Shown: piece after piece, positions 1-14,800 of the stretch
How positions within the stretch are numbered: position 1 is the stretch's first letter
Layout of the letters: each line of letters starts with the position of its first letter
Assembly: GCA_012295275.1 (NCBI GenBank)
Contig: CM022677.1
Location: forward strand, 3,968,001-4,032,000
DNA: 64,000 nucleotides
Direction: 5' to 3'
From: Chrysomallon squamiferum
Taxonomy: Eukaryota > Animalia > Mollusca
Notes under the pieces: generated by a model
Database searches by the model: none
What the model was told of the DNA's origin: nothing
The model's input: only the letters and a program-made list of their open reading frames with translations
Program-made: the position numbers and the translations under genes

Positions 1-1114
1 GAGCAGACATGGAAATTCACAAAAATTGTCCATTCTAAGACATATGATGAAGTGAGTAATTCATTCATTTATACTGCAATATCAACTTCTCATATTCATC
101 ATTTTCATCCCTTTACAGAACATCTGGTATTTTTCCATTCCAATAAAAACCAATGGTCACGTCTGGTCAAAACCAATTTTTGTTAATAAAATTCTATAAC
201 AAAAAACCCTTTCTACTTATAATTTTGTGTCTCACACATTTTCTCAAAGATGCAACAAATATTTTTGTTTCCTTTTATATATTAATACTTGGTGATTTCT
301 ATAACCTGCATTCACATAATTCATTCTGTACAAACATATACAATTTTCAGGTGATTGACAAAACCAAAAGTATTGCTGACATACCTGAGTGGTTTCATGG
401 GGCAAGGCTTAATTTTGCTGAAAATCTTTTACGATACAGAGATGATAGGACAGCTATTTATGCAACAGGTAAAATTTGTATATCTACATACTCTCTTTCC
501 TTTTTTTAATAAGATATTTATACTAACTTTTATTTTGTCTGAATTTTGAAATTTGTAAAGATTAATCACAATTTACATATAAGAGATCATGTTTATACAA
601 GCATTAATAAATATTTAATAATTGGTAGTATATATGTGATAATGGATTTACTAATGTTTAACATGGGTTTAAATTTTGTTATACAAAATCTTCAGTTTAA
701 ATATATCTTAAATTATTTTGTTGCAAAAGTTTTAATTCCAGATGCCCATTTGCTCATATTTCTCATTTTAGTTTCTTGCAATCAACTGTTCAGATATCAA
801 CTTGTTATTAAACATCAATGATTAAGATTAGTCAGCATCACTTATCAAAATTATGAAAATAAAACATTCCTAATAATCTTCAATAACAAAATGTTCATTC
901 TTTTGTTTTTCCACACATATATGCACAGTAAGGAAGTTAATAATATTTGTGTGTTTATGAACATTTTAGCAGATAATAATATACCGGTGTTTATTTGTAG
1001 GAGAAGGAAGGTCAGAGATCAAGAAGAAGACTTTCTCCGAGTTGTACAAGTCTGTTGCTAGGTATGCATCAGCCATGAAGAAAATGGGAATTGAGAAGGG
1101 GGACAGAGTTGTAG
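1..1114 (+). CDS. AACS: Acetoacetyl-CoA synthetase, three internal N-terminal-half exons (1-51, 351-468, 1001-1114); downstream exons not found in window
   Basis: Spliced translation [17 protein letters not shown]|[39 protein letters not shown]|[38 protein letters not shown]. Canonical GT-AG sites with compatible phases. Matches the AACS PEWFxGxRLNYAENLL...KGDRVVGYLPN region. Confidence 0.85.
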
Positions 1115-2779
1115 GTAAGTTCTTACACAACTCATTTTTCTTCATTATTGAAACCAGTAGTAAAAGGATCGTTAAACTTGTTTCATCAAGGACTGATCTA
1201 TTTTGTTGAAATATTTTCTCATTTTGCACAACCAGTAAAGTTCTGTATTAAAGGTTTTAGTGAACACTGCATTATTAGTAAGAAATTTTATAGAATTGCT
1301 TATATTTGCCATAAAAAGTAAATCATCTTGTTTTTTCTTGTGATTTTTTTTTTTTTTTTTTTTTTTTTAGTATTATTGAAAGAGACTTTATTTTGCATAA
1401 ACAGTTATCTTAATTTTCATGTACGAACAAAATAAAAACATGATCTGTGTCCCTGATTAATGAGCTGGTTATCCGACATTGAGGACGAAAAAAAAAGTTG
1501 TCTATGGCACAGAATTCTTAAAAGGGACCTATTTCAAACTAGTATAGTTATAAACAAATTTTTTATTATGGATGAATAAATTTACATAATCAAGCAAGAT
1601 GTCAGTGTATTTAGTATGTAAATTAACAATAACAATACAATCACTTGAATTACAAAATTCAATTATTTAGGAAGCTATTCTAGTTTATAATAATTGAAGG
1701 ATCACTTAAACTTTTGCATTAATTATATTTAAATATATTTAATGGATAGTTATATGGTAGCATCTGCTCTTTATACAATGTTATTCTGACAATTGTGAGA
1801 ACATAAATTAAACACCATCTGTGTGTGTTACATGAAAACCTGGCCAAGACTGAAACTAAATCTTCACTGTATTGTTGAAGTAGAAACACAGCCTGTACAT
1901 AATGTGCTTGTCATTTCCAATTAGGCTAATGTTTTTGGCATTTTACACTGTTACATTCATGTCCTTTCCAAAATCCTTTTTGTGAATATGCATGGCAAAC
2001 ATATACAATATCCATTTAACTGCTATTATTTTGCTGAATAGTAGATTTTATCTTTCAATGCCAGTATTATTATGATGGACGTGACATAAATGACAGTCTG
2101 TAGAGATAACATCATATATACATATATATATTTTTTTTTCTATACCATAATATATGCTAAGCTGAAATGAAAAAATCTATTTCTAAAACATGCATTATTA
2201 TCAGGATTTAAAAATAAGGTGACCAGGATATATGTGTTACAAGTTTAAAAAAAAAAACTATGATTATAACTAATTAAATAAAACATTAAACAATTTTCTA
2301 TTTTTTTATTGTTTTTTAAACATTTCTTTTCTTTTTTTTTCTTCTATAAAATGTTAATCTATTTACCCTAATGTTAACCACATAGGAATTTATAGCAATT
2401 TATCTTTTAAAATCTGTTTAAAATTCTATTAAATATTTTACAAGCTTATAAAAATAATTAATACTGGTTATTGATGTAAAGAAGAATATGTGAAGTGTTT
2501 TTCATATAATCAACATGGTACAAAGATACTCGTAAAGAAAGAAGATGACTTAGTGATAAGTTGTAGGTGAGATGTGTGTCTGTAGATAAATCAGTTGTCT
2601 TACTGATGTCTATGTGAGATGAGATATGTGTAAGTGGCTGTGTTGATAAAATGAACAGAAACACACACACTATAGATATATAAATTATGTACAATAAAAC
2701 ACTGAAAGATGTTTAACTATCTTTGATGTGATGCATGGCTATATATGAACAGTAAGACATCTTTACCATATTTTAAACA

Positions 2780-2975
2780 GTACTGGAAAAAAAGTGTGGT
2801 CCCTGGTGCTGTCTGCTAAAAACCACATTGTTATGTTAGAAGATCAGTTAGGAAGAAGACATTACTACATTTCAGTTGACTAGAACTTGTAGAAGCTGGT
2901 AACTGGGACTTGATCACAGAACATAGCAGTTTTGAATGAAGAGATTAACCATTATGTCGCAGACTGGTCTGTTGT
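2780..2975 (-). mobile_element. Possible degenerate tRNA-derived SINE remnant
   Basis: Minus strand has A-box-like GACATAATGGTTA and B-box-like GATCAAGTCC at tRNA-like spacing. GC is higher than the flanks. Confidence 0.25.
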
Positions 2976-3754
2976 TTCTGCAGTAGAAAAGTATGAATGA
3001 ATAGTTGCAACATTCTAATGTACGTGACACAAACATGAAAATAATGTTTTATTATTTCAGAAATAAAGTTACATACAAGGAGTTACATATAATGTTACAT
3101 ATCAAAGATCTCTAGCTAATTTAAAAAAAAAAGAACCCATACATGGCAGCTGTGGATTTTCATTCTGTGATTCATGTTTACAGGATAACCAGAGAGGTAC
3201 TGAGTCAGCCATAATGGTGTTTTCCTTCCTTTTCTATTTATATATAGCAGAAATTAGGAAGTGTTTAGTTAAAGAATATGAAACAGTTACATATATTTTG
3301 ACATATGTGTCAAGTGGCACTATGAATAACACCGCAGTTACAAATAACGTCTGATATTTGAAACTCACTCTTACTGTTATTTTTAGTTTTAAATAAAAGA
3401 ACCAATCTAGACTACTTTCTTTTAGTTATGTTATGAAGGCACTTCTGACAAATGTAATATATATATATATATATATATATATCTATGAGAGAGAAAGAAA
3501 GACGTGTGAATATACATAAATTTTAAGATGATATGACTACATACGTACATGTATACAAATGTACATACTATGTATGTATGTATTTATATTCACAGTCATA
3601 TTTTTTTTAAACTTAAAAACATTTTAAACTTGATGAAAAATACATATTTATCTTCATTAGCACATTGTTTTATTTTATTTCACCTCAAGATCAAAAAAAA
3701 AAAAAGAAAAAAAAAAAACTTGTTTATTAAGTTCCCAGTATTAACTTTCAACAG

Positions 3755-6700
3755 GACAGTTCCCCTACAGTGGAAAAACTCAGCTCACCTCATCCTATTG
3801 AAGACTCACCTCCACCATATTCTGAAGCGATTCAGTCGTCACAGATGTTGCTAGGAGCAACAGGGTCTGCAAAGAAGCCGAGCATGAAGAAGAGACCTTT
3901 GGAACCGGCAGCCAGTCATTTACTGGACATGGGCATCGATGAACTTGCCCTGTCCAACACTGAACCAAAGACTGCCGTTTCACCCTGGAGCAGCCCCATC
4001 TCTTCACTCAGTCAGCCTCGGTACTCACACAAGTCAACAAAAAAACCTTCATACAGAAACTGGAATCCTCCGTTACTTGGGACTCTGCCCGACGACTTTC
4101 TGAGGCTATCTCCAGCTGTGTCACACCTGGTGAAGTGGACATCATCATCATCATCCAGTTCTCACGAGAAGAGTCACCATCGAAAACTATCTTCAAAATC
4201 AATGGTATGTGGTGTTGTCCATTTTTAGTTGTGTTTACATTACTTATTAATTTTTATTTTATTTTTTCTATGCAGAAACAGTTCTAGTACTATTTAAAAT
4301 CAATACTATTTAAATGATCAATACATTTTTTTTTTTAATGCAGAGTTGAAGAAGCATGTAGGAGATTTTTATTTTCAGACACATTACAATATACTAGAAA
4401 GCTTGGATTTGTGAAAATTAATTCTTGAATCCTATGATAAAGGGTTATTTATTGCTCATAAACATTCACTTGAGAATATTCTCATATTGATAAAATAATA
4501 CATACAGTTTAAATTTATAAAAATTATAACATCTCAACTATGTTTTTAATCTCGTTTATGTAAAATCAGTTCTATATTGACTGGCTTTTTTTTATAACTA
4601 ATCTTTGATTTTTTTCAGAGTTAGAATTTAGACTGCTTATTTTAATTTATAAAACATAGTTTGCAGATGCATAAGGTTATGTATTTTATAAACTCTAAAA
4701 TACGTGGTTATTTTTTCTTCAGATTTTATCAGCTCATGATTTCAGCACTGGCATGCTGCAGGAGAAGATGAAGGAAAATGAGCGACACAGAAAACTTGCG
4801 TCGTGTGACATTGATCCCGAACTGGCGCAGTATCTTGAAGATGAGCGACTTGCCATAATGTTTCAAAACAGCGAATTCTTACAAGAACTTCGTGATGATG
4901 AAGACTTCATGAACACATTAGAAAGTGGTAGATAGTGCTGTTTATTTTACTACAGAAACTGTGATATATCTGTTACATAAAATATTTTTTGTAGTGAAAT
5001 TCCTCAGTGAAGGATAAACATTCTTAAATTAATAGTTTTTTTTCCAAGAATAACTTGCTTCCCCAAAACAATGGCACCACCCCTCAAAAAACACTCTAAA
5101 AACATTAATTCAATGATAAAAAATAAAAATAAATATTGTCAAGTACAAAAATACAACTCTAGAGAGCATTATATAACAAACTATAAATAAATACAGTTAT
5201 GTTCCATTTCCTTTTTTTTTTTTTTTTTTTTTTTTCCAGATCTAATGAGCACATCTGGTTTTGAACTCAAGACACCATCAACTCCAGAAAAAGAAGGTAA
5301 ATTTAAAAAATGTATGAACATAACTTAATTAGCACTACAGAAAGCAGAAATAAAAAAAACGTTTGGTCATGTTAAAATAGCAGAAGAAACTGCCTGTTGA
5401 TATCTGCACTATTTAAGTTTTCCGTACCTGCAATGATGAAAGTTGAGTGAAGTATACAATGTGTATAATGATTCATGTTACAGCAATGATAGAAGGTTAT
5501 GGTACAGACAGACAGGACACTTTGGAAGCATTTCCTTTCAGTCAGCAGTTACCCAAGTCTGAAGATGAAGATGCAGAGTTAAGGAGAAAACTTCGACATA
5601 TGGGAAAAGGTAATAAACAAATTTTCTTTATGATGACATTCCTAGGCAATATTTTGTTATTATTATTTATTTATTTTTTGGAATGTTGGCTTTTTGCCTT
5701 TTCGTGCATTATTTTAGTGCTTTTGAAAAATAAAATAAACAAAAGATTTACTTATTTTTTAGCTTCAAGAAAACAGTTTGCTGCTCTTGCAAGAAGATTT
5801 TTCTCCAGAAAGAAAAATAAAACATCAAAACAAATGTATCCTTGATCTTAAAAAAAAAATAAAAAAATATCATTTTATTATTTTTGGTGTGGGGGGGGGA
5901 CTTTTCTTTATATACACAAAAATAATGTTGCTTATTTTTAAAATAATTCAGTTTTCACTTAACTTTTGAAAGTTTGAAAGAGAAGCTGGCCCCGTCGATG
6001 ATGAACCTGCTTGACGCAGAGACGTACGTACGACGACACAGACGAGCCACAGAGTGAGGAAGTCACATACAACTCAGAGGAAACATCGGTGAGGCCTTTC
6101 ACTAATTATTACACAGGAAACAAAGTATGTCAGTGAACCTAGCTCTGCAGTGACTCTACACTCCTTGTTTACATCAGATACAGAAGTGTTTGTGTACGTT
6201 TGTGTGTGGGTGTGTTTGTATGAATGTGTTTTTGTGTGTGTGTATATGTTTATATATCTGTTTGTTTGTATGTGTATCTATATATGTGTGTGTGTGTGTG
6301 TTTAGATATGTCTGTATGTGGGTGTATGTGTATTTTTATCTACATGTCTAACTGTTTGTATGTGTATCTGTATATATGTATGTTTGTGTGTGTGTGTTTA
6401 GATATGTCTGTGTGTTTTTGAGTGTATCTGTATGTGGGTGTATGTGTATTTTTATCTATATGTCTGTTTTTGTGCATATCTTCATGTTTGTATATGTGTA
6501 ATTATATGTACATACATATTTCTACCTGCATTATTAATAACTAATGGTTTATTAAAACATAGGTAACAACTTGCAACTCCTGTGTTATTAATTACAGGTT
6601 TTCATGAAAACAGAATATTTTATCAACAAACAGTTAAATATAGTTAATTTTAAATGGTTATTTAATTCAGTTTTTTTCTCTCTCTCTCTCCTCAGTCAGA

Positions 6701-6800
6701 CACAATAAACTCAGTACCGAGTTATCGGACAGTTCAACAACCAATGTATGAACCAGACACTCTGATTACTTACAACCCAGACAAATCTCACATGGTTTAA
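3755..6800 (+). CDS. CUEDC1: CUE domain-containing protein 1, C-terminal exons (3755-4204, 4723-4927, 5240-5296, 5484-5609, 5763-5835, 5973-6124, 6696-6800); CUE-domain exon absent; 4-nt frameshift near 6028
   Basis: Motifs SPPPYSE, YRNWNPPLLGTLPDDFLRL, QYLEDERLAIMFQNSEFLQEL and ELRRKLRHMGKASRKQFAALARRF are characteristic of CUEDC1. All junctions are GT-AG and phase-compatible. Confidence 0.85.
6185..6500. repeat. Degenerate (TG/TA) low-complexity intronic repeat
   Basis: Repeated tgtgtgtatatgt-like words in the last CUEDC1 intron. Confidence 0.6.
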
Positions 6801-8389
6801 TGTTATGTTTTGCTTTATGTAATATAGAAAATATTAGAGCCTATGCATATTATTCAACAGCAAAATAATAAATAAATAAATATCAACGAATAACACCATA
6901 TAATAAAAATAATATTAAAAATAAAAGAAAATGTAGAAGTTAGAAAAAGAAGAAAAATTTTCTTTTGCATTTAAGCTTTTAATACTAAAATATTAAATAT
7001 CATTATCTATAAAAAAAAAAAAATAATAAAAACAAAAGCCTATTTTAAGATATTTGTTTAATATTTATTTATTTATTTTGATTACTACTTCAGTATTTTT
7101 ATATAATATTTTATTTTATTCTATTTAAGTTATTTATTCATTTATTTTGTGTAACCATTCTTAAAAAGACATTTTATAATTTCTATGAATCTTGGCTAGA
7201 AATTGTATAGCAATCAAATTAGATTAAAAATCATGTTTAACAAAGGTCACATTTTGGTCAGCTTGCTCTGGTGAAAGTACCACATCACTGAGCATTTATC
7301 AGTTCATCACAGACCCATCACCATGATGATGTCATCAGTGATTGTGAGTCTTACTACTATATATACAACATATTTACATTTTGTGAAACTTTGGACTAGG
7401 ACTAAAACGATGAAAATGCATGTTTAAGATAATGACTGTATATGAATAGAACCAGTTATTAAATTTAAGCACAACTGAATTAAGCTTTACTTTATTTAAA
7501 TTCTTCTGAAGTTGTTATTTTCTTCTTAAAATTATTACACGTAATAATTATTTTGCTTCGTATTATTCTTGTGGAAAATATTTATTTTTTATCTTTATAC
7601 TTAGAGAAAATATTTATTTTTAATTATATGCTGAACATTGTATCATTTTATTCTTTAGGATGTTCCATATAGGAATTATTTTGTTGTAACCTACATAATC
7701 TGAAAGATTTTTTAAAAAATTAAAAATATTTATTGTATAACATACTGTAGTTATGTAGAACTGTAAACTATAAAAAAAATTTAAACATTTAAAATTCAAT
7801 TTTTTTTTTTTTTTTTAAATTTTTTTTTATCTGTTTTTAAAAATCTTTTTAAAAAAAGTTATAAAAAATGATGTTACACTTTAATTTATGATAGTTTTAC
7901 TAAATGTTATAGACTGCTGAATGTAATTTATCTTGAACCAAAATCTGACATTATTCATCTGAAATAAATCTGACATAATTTTAACCATCAATTTTCTAAC
8001 ACTGTGGTATCAGACCTCTTCAGATAACAGGACTTTGACATGCCGGTCACTTTACACAATGGCCTGATTAAACAGTATGACTTAGACAACATGTAACAAA
8101 AGATGATTTGTTGATATTGGAGTCCAGTTTTATATTTGTAAATACTTTGTTAGGATAATCTGTTATATTTGTGATCATGTCATTGTTTAGTCTAGATCAC
8201 TGATCATGTTGGCGTACAGTCTAGTATGTTGGTAATGTCCATGTACAGTCTAGGAATATTGTAAAATACTTTTGTTACATAATCACTTTACATTGTAAAA
8301 TAACTGTTCCAATCTTGTTGACTGAGCATTATTTTTATATATGTACTGTAATAATACAATTGCTGTTACTAGAAAGTCATTTTAATAAT

Positions 8390-9060
8390 GTATAATATAG
8401 TACATACAGAAGTTATTATACAGTTATGTATAACTGCATTGTAATGTGTTATAGTATTTTGTTGAATAATAATGAAGTTATTACACAGCAAATTATAATG
8501 AAGTTTTACAGTTGAGTATTTTGAAGTTACTACACATAGGATGTGAAGTTATACAGTACTAATTATAGAATGGTATGTTACAGTTATTAGACAAAGGTAT
8601 ATGATGAGGTTATACAATTGTATATAATGAAATTAAACAATAAATATTGAAATTACTATACAGTAGAATATAATGAAGTTTTGCAATAGTACATAATGAA
8701 ATTATTACAGTAGTAAATGAAGTTATACAATATTATATAATGAAATTATTGAACACTAGTATATAATGAAGTTATACAATATATAATGAAATTATTGTAC
8801 AGTAGTATATAATGAAGTTATACAATATATAATGAAATTATTGTACAGTAGTATATAATGAAGTTACAGTATATAATGAAATTATTACATGGTATATAAT
8901 GAAGTTATGCAATAGTATGTAATGAAATTATTGTACAGTAGTATATGATGAAGTTATAACAAGTGTATAAAATTAAGTCATTATAGAATATTATAAAATG
9001 AAGTTATTGTACAAAAGTTTATATAATGAAGTCATAACACAATGGTATATAATAAAATTG
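8390..9060. repeat. Degenerate minisatellite built from TATAATGAAGTTAT / TATAATGAAATTATTGTACAGTAG words
   Basis: Many imperfect copies of tataatgaa[ag]tta visible in tandem. Confidence 0.7.
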
Positions 9061-11305
9061 TAACAGCCAATTATCAAATCTGTGAAACTCTCTGCTTTAC
9101 ATGGACTGGAAAAGTTAAAGGGATCAATAAAAAAAATTCAGTTATATATGTATGATTTTAAAAACAAAAATGATTAACAACAAAAACAGTTACAACTGCT
9201 ATTTGGTAAAGAATAAAGTAGATTTGGGGATTAATAAGCAGTTTGGCCTCAGCCAGAGATTCTGAAGTAAGAAATTAGTGATCTCTGAAAACTGAAGAAG
9301 ACAAATACTAAAAATTTGTAATCATAATCAAGGAAGATACAGACAGAAAACTCATCAAATTAGAAAACATTATTAATCTGGTAATAAATAAATAAATAAG
9401 TAAATAATTGAAATGATGTGCTTTAACTAACTTTGCTTTCAAAGCTTTTTACTGTTACATGTTAATTTTTTTCTAATAATAAAAACAAAATACAGAATGA
9501 TTCTTTTAGATAGTTAAAATAAATTAAACTTTCTATTTTCTTTCCCTTTTTTTTTTTTTTTTTTTCATATTTAAAATAAATTTATCATGATAAATGAAAA
9601 AATCTCAGGGCAGTATATGGTGAATGTTATTGTTTGTTATAAGCTATACTGTTGAGAAATTAACAAACTAGATTATTTCTATATATATATATATCTGTCA
9701 GTGTATGTATGTACATGTATATTTTGTTGAACTTTTTTTTTGTTTTTACTGGTTTTTGAAAATGTTGTTGAGTTCTTGTCTGTTGACCTAGATGGTGATA
9801 TCAGTTTAAGGATTAGACAAACCAAATTTTATTAATATTATTATTTTTGTTTTTTTTAGCTGCTGCTTTGTATGTACCTATATACAACAACATCCCAACT
9901 CGATAGTTTTGATATTATTTCAGATATTATATTATTTTTGTTGACTGGGATTTTAACCTCACTCTGTCGCCAATCCCATGATTCAACATGTCTCTACTTG
10001 TGTTCAGTAAAACAGACCCAGTCCCGAGTTTTACTAATACTTAATCATAGCTGAGCAAAATATTTCTAAAAAACAGAATTCATACCTAATGAATGAATGA
10101 ACAAACAAACTGGTTAATTAATCAGATTTTAAAATCAAATGATAAAAATATAATTTTCAATTAGACAAGTAGTTTGAATCTTTTTATTTCATTATCAAGC
10201 TTTTTTTTTTTTTCAAAAAAAAGAAAATTTCACTCAGAGTTTGGATGTTAATGTTATTTTTCATGGTACAGTATTACATTTTTTATACAGTTGTTTCACA
10301 ATCATATTTAAGATTCTAGATACAGTGTCAAATATCTCTCTTCAAATATGTCTTTTGTTAGCACACAACCGAGTTTCATAAAATCTTATTTGGTGATTTT
10401 TCAGATAGATAATTCTTGAAAACATTTGTATGTTTTGTCACATACTTGAAAGCAGTTTGGAGTTGTTCAGTTGTTCTGAATAATTTGACTGGAAATTCTT
10501 TCCTTTCTTTTAACTTTATCAAAAACCAGAATACAAATATTTCTTGTTTAACATCACTGATACATTTTAAATAAACTGTTACTAGATTTTACACAATAAT
10601 AATAATAATAATAACAATAACAAAAATTAATAACAATAATAATAATAACTAGTAATAAAAAATAATAATAACAATAATAAAAATAAAAATAGTAATAATA
10701 AATAATAATACTTTAAAACAGAACAAAAATTGAACACAAACATGTTTTATCTTGTTTAAAAACTGTTTGATACTGAAGGTGGAGACAAGTCTAAAATTAT
10801 AATTTTTGGATTTTGTAAATCAGAGATGTGCTGTACCCTTTTCAACGCAATGAGCTTTTCCTTACAGTCCATATATAGTTTATTTTTATCAAAGTTTACA
10901 TAATGTTTGATGATGTAACTTGTGTATGTACATTATATTTGTTATGAACAGAATTGTTTTTTTTGTATTTATCATGTAGTGTACTGATTAAAAATAAATT
11001 TAAAAAAAAAGAAAAAAGATTATTATAAACAAATTCTTGCCAGCTACAAGCAGAATATTTAGCTTTCAGTTTTACAGGGTATTTCTTCTTCTTTTTTTCT
11101 GTCTTTTTACTTGTCACACACAAACAAGGCCAAGTAATTTATAATGTCTCTTTAATCTCAGCCAGTCAGAGGCTGATATGTGATGCTGTAGCCAATCAGA
11201 AATATTTATTGTTTTCAAGCAACTGTTGGATCCAAGAATCCATTTCACACTTGTTTTATTTAGGCCATTTTAATATTTGTTCATTAAAATTTATTATTAT
11301 TGTTA

Positions 11306-11373
<68 letters not shown>

Positions 11374-11821
11374 TTCTATTTATAAATGAAATCTATTTTC
11401 ATAATTTTATTAAATGTTTTGCATTCTGTCATACTTATTAATTTTCCTACTAAAATATATATGTGTATGTTGCCCATTTTTTAAAATGTTTTGTTCATCA
11501 GTTTAACATTTTTGTCACTTATTAAAAATGAATGCATGTTGAAATATGTGTGTGTGATTAAATATTTGTAAATTTGAAATATTTTCTGTTTGACTCATGT
11601 TACAAGAAAATATTTAATAAATGTTACTGGAATGTTGATATAAAGAAATCCATAACAAGATGTTGGGTAGAAGTATTTTGTATTTCATTAAGATAATCTA
11701 TAATTTTATACTATTTAATAAAAAAAAAATTAAAAAAAAAAAATTATACAGGCAGAAATATAAAGGCTTTACTTTCAAGAACATCAGCAAAGTTTTTCTG
11801 AAATGTTTTAACATTAGGATT

Positions 11822-11867
<46 letters not shown>

Positions 11868-14800
11868 GAAATCCATTATCAAAAGCTGTGACTCTTAGAG
11901 GAAATTAGTAAAAAAGGGGAATCCATCATTGTAATAGAATGTGATTTTCATGATGAAATGAATCATTTTAAACAGGATGATTGGTAAACTAGAATTAAAT
12001 CTGAGAGACATTAAATGCATTTTCTATTTGAATTTTGTTATGTTTTTAAAATATTTGTTTCATATTAATAAATTTAAATGAAATTATATTTATGAAAATA
12101 AAATAAAATGAAATGAAATAATTAGTAGGCATGATTTTTATGATGCTAATGCCAATTCTCTTTTTTCCTTCAGATCATCATTTAAGTAATTTGAAATAGT
12201 TTCATACTACTTTTTTTTAGTAGGTATGAATTTTAACACACACACAGACACATGTGTCCTTCATTAAAATATTTATTTTTCTATAACAAAGATTTAAACA
12301 ATGCCTTGATCGGTTTGGATTGTATCTAAATGTTTGAAACACCATTTACTGCATAACCAAATGTTTTCTCATTATTGTATTTTGTTTGCAGTAACTATGT
12401 CAAATGAGTGTATATTATTTATTGTATTTGTAATTATGCCTGTATAAACAATTGATGCACTTTGTAACTGTCAGAAATGTATGATATTCTCAATGTATAG
12501 ATAATTAAATGTACATAGATTGTCTTAACATCAGGTATATACATTGCAGTGTATGTTTTATGCAGTTTAGTTGTTCAGATGTTTAAAAATGTTTTTTTGT
12601 TTTTTGTTTTTTGTAATATTTGCGAGATTTGTCTCGCACCTGTAATACTTAATTACTCTTCTTGTTTTAATTTAGTTTTTAATATTGTGTTATAAATATT
12701 CATCAGCTAACAATCAAATTTCCTGTTTACCGAGTATTACTTGAGAATGGTAAATGCCGCTGTTGTAGGTGATGTGTATCAATCTTTGTCTTCATCAACA
12801 AAAACGAGTATATACCAGTGATTTGACTCCAACCATCCATAACCAAAATATTTTATGTCTGGACAGAATTGTCATGTTCCGAGGCCAGTTACTTTTCACT
12901 CCCGTTTTAGCTGTCTCTGTCGGTAGAATTATTTTTAGCATCTTTTCCCAATTTGAGTTAAACAGAAGATTTTAAATTTCAGTGGCATACCTTTTAGTTT
13001 TCATTATTTTTATACTTTACCTTTTGTTTTAAAATTTTATTATTTTTATTTTTAAGAGCCAAACCTCAAAATATTTTTTTATTCTTTCTTTTTTAATAAA
13101 TTCATCATTTATTTTTATTAAATATTTTAAAGAATGTTGAGATGTTTATTTCATAAATTTTTGTAAACTACCAATATTTCTTTTCTTACCCTTTTTTTTT
13201 AAAAATATTTTTTCAGTTTTTTTAAAATGTCCATATGTGTATATCAGCTGTCTGTTGTTGGTTTAGAAACTGTTTGTAATATGATCTTGTTTTGTTTTTA
13301 TGCTCAGGAAAATACTCCGAAAAAACTGAGATACAGGTTTTTGTGTGATCTTACCTGCAAAAATCTGTTGTATTGATATCATAATTAAAAAATAAATAAA
13401 AATAAGGTTAAGATTTTTTTATTATTATATGGTGATAAATTTTGAATTGTTTTTTGAATTTGTATTAATATAGAAAAATAACAGAAATTTTGAGAGATTC
13501 CATAGCCCAAAAACATTTTTTTTAAATACTCAAAAAGTGAAAATAAAAATATAAATACTACTATAGAAGTGAATACATTTACATGACAGTTTTTCAGAAT
13601 ATTTTGATATATAAAAGTATCTGTTTTTAAATCAATTTTAATTGGAAAATTAAGACTTTATAAATGTGTGTAAAAATCTACATTTCTTTACAATATCAAC
13701 ATAACTCATTTTGCTAGGCAGGGTCACATATTTGTAAATAAGTTTTAAAATGTCTGTAGTGAAAAAGAAATTATTTTCTGACTGTTTAATGGCTTTAAAC
13801 AAAATTATTGTTTTTAAATCTGATGATAACTTACTGCTCTCGATGAATTAAGCTTGTACAGACATGCTGAAAATGTTCACGCATTTTGTCCAGCAGTGTA
13901 TATAGTTTGTGAAACTTAACAAATAATTTTTGTTATTGTTCACTGACATAAAATAACTACAACAACCATAACAAAACACTGACATATTAGTTGATGATAT
14001 TAAAATATTTTTCACTATAAAAAAACTGGTTACTGATTTTTTTGGTCTGGAAATAAAATTATACATCAGAGTGTTTTAATTTTGTGGCAAAACCAGAACA
14101 AACTGGTTCTAAAATGGAATGTTCATTTGGAATATTTCCCAGATTAAGAAAGAAATGAATAAAAAATATATTTTTAAAAGAAATATTTTAAAGCATTGTA
14201 GAGGTGAAAATGATATTTTGGAGCATTCTATTATATTTAAAAGAATATTTTCATACTAAAAGGAATTTAAAAAACCCAAAATATTACCCACCCGTCGTTT
14301 AGGAAAAATGTAAACAACATGATAGTAAACAAAGAAAGAAAAGTAATAAAGTAAAACACTACATTTGGGACCATATTTTACAGTTTTGTACAAAAAATGT
14401 TAATAGTTCACACACAAAATATTTTGTACTTTTTACTTTTTGAACAGGGCTACTTAATTAAAAAATTGACTTGGCTGGATAATAAAACTAAAAAAACTAT
14501 TCTGAATGAAAAACAGGCAGGCCTGTAGCTGTACTTTTTATGTAAACAATAAAATATGTGATGCAATAAATTATGTTAATTATTTTCAGTGTCCTGTTTG
14601 ATTTTATCCATCTACAGTTTTTTTTCCGAGATAACAAAAATAATAAAAATAATAAAGAACAAACAAATAAATCGTAGTAAAATTTGTTTAACAACTTTGA
14701 AAATGGTATGTTTATACATTTTTCCAAATGTAAAAAAGACTAAAAGGAAATAAATAAAACTTTTAAAAACCCCTCACTTTTTATTTCATTATATCAAAAC

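Noticed and set aside
12769-12975. 68-aa ORF in a slightly GC-richer patch
   Set aside because: No recognisable motif in any frame and no clear exon boundaries.
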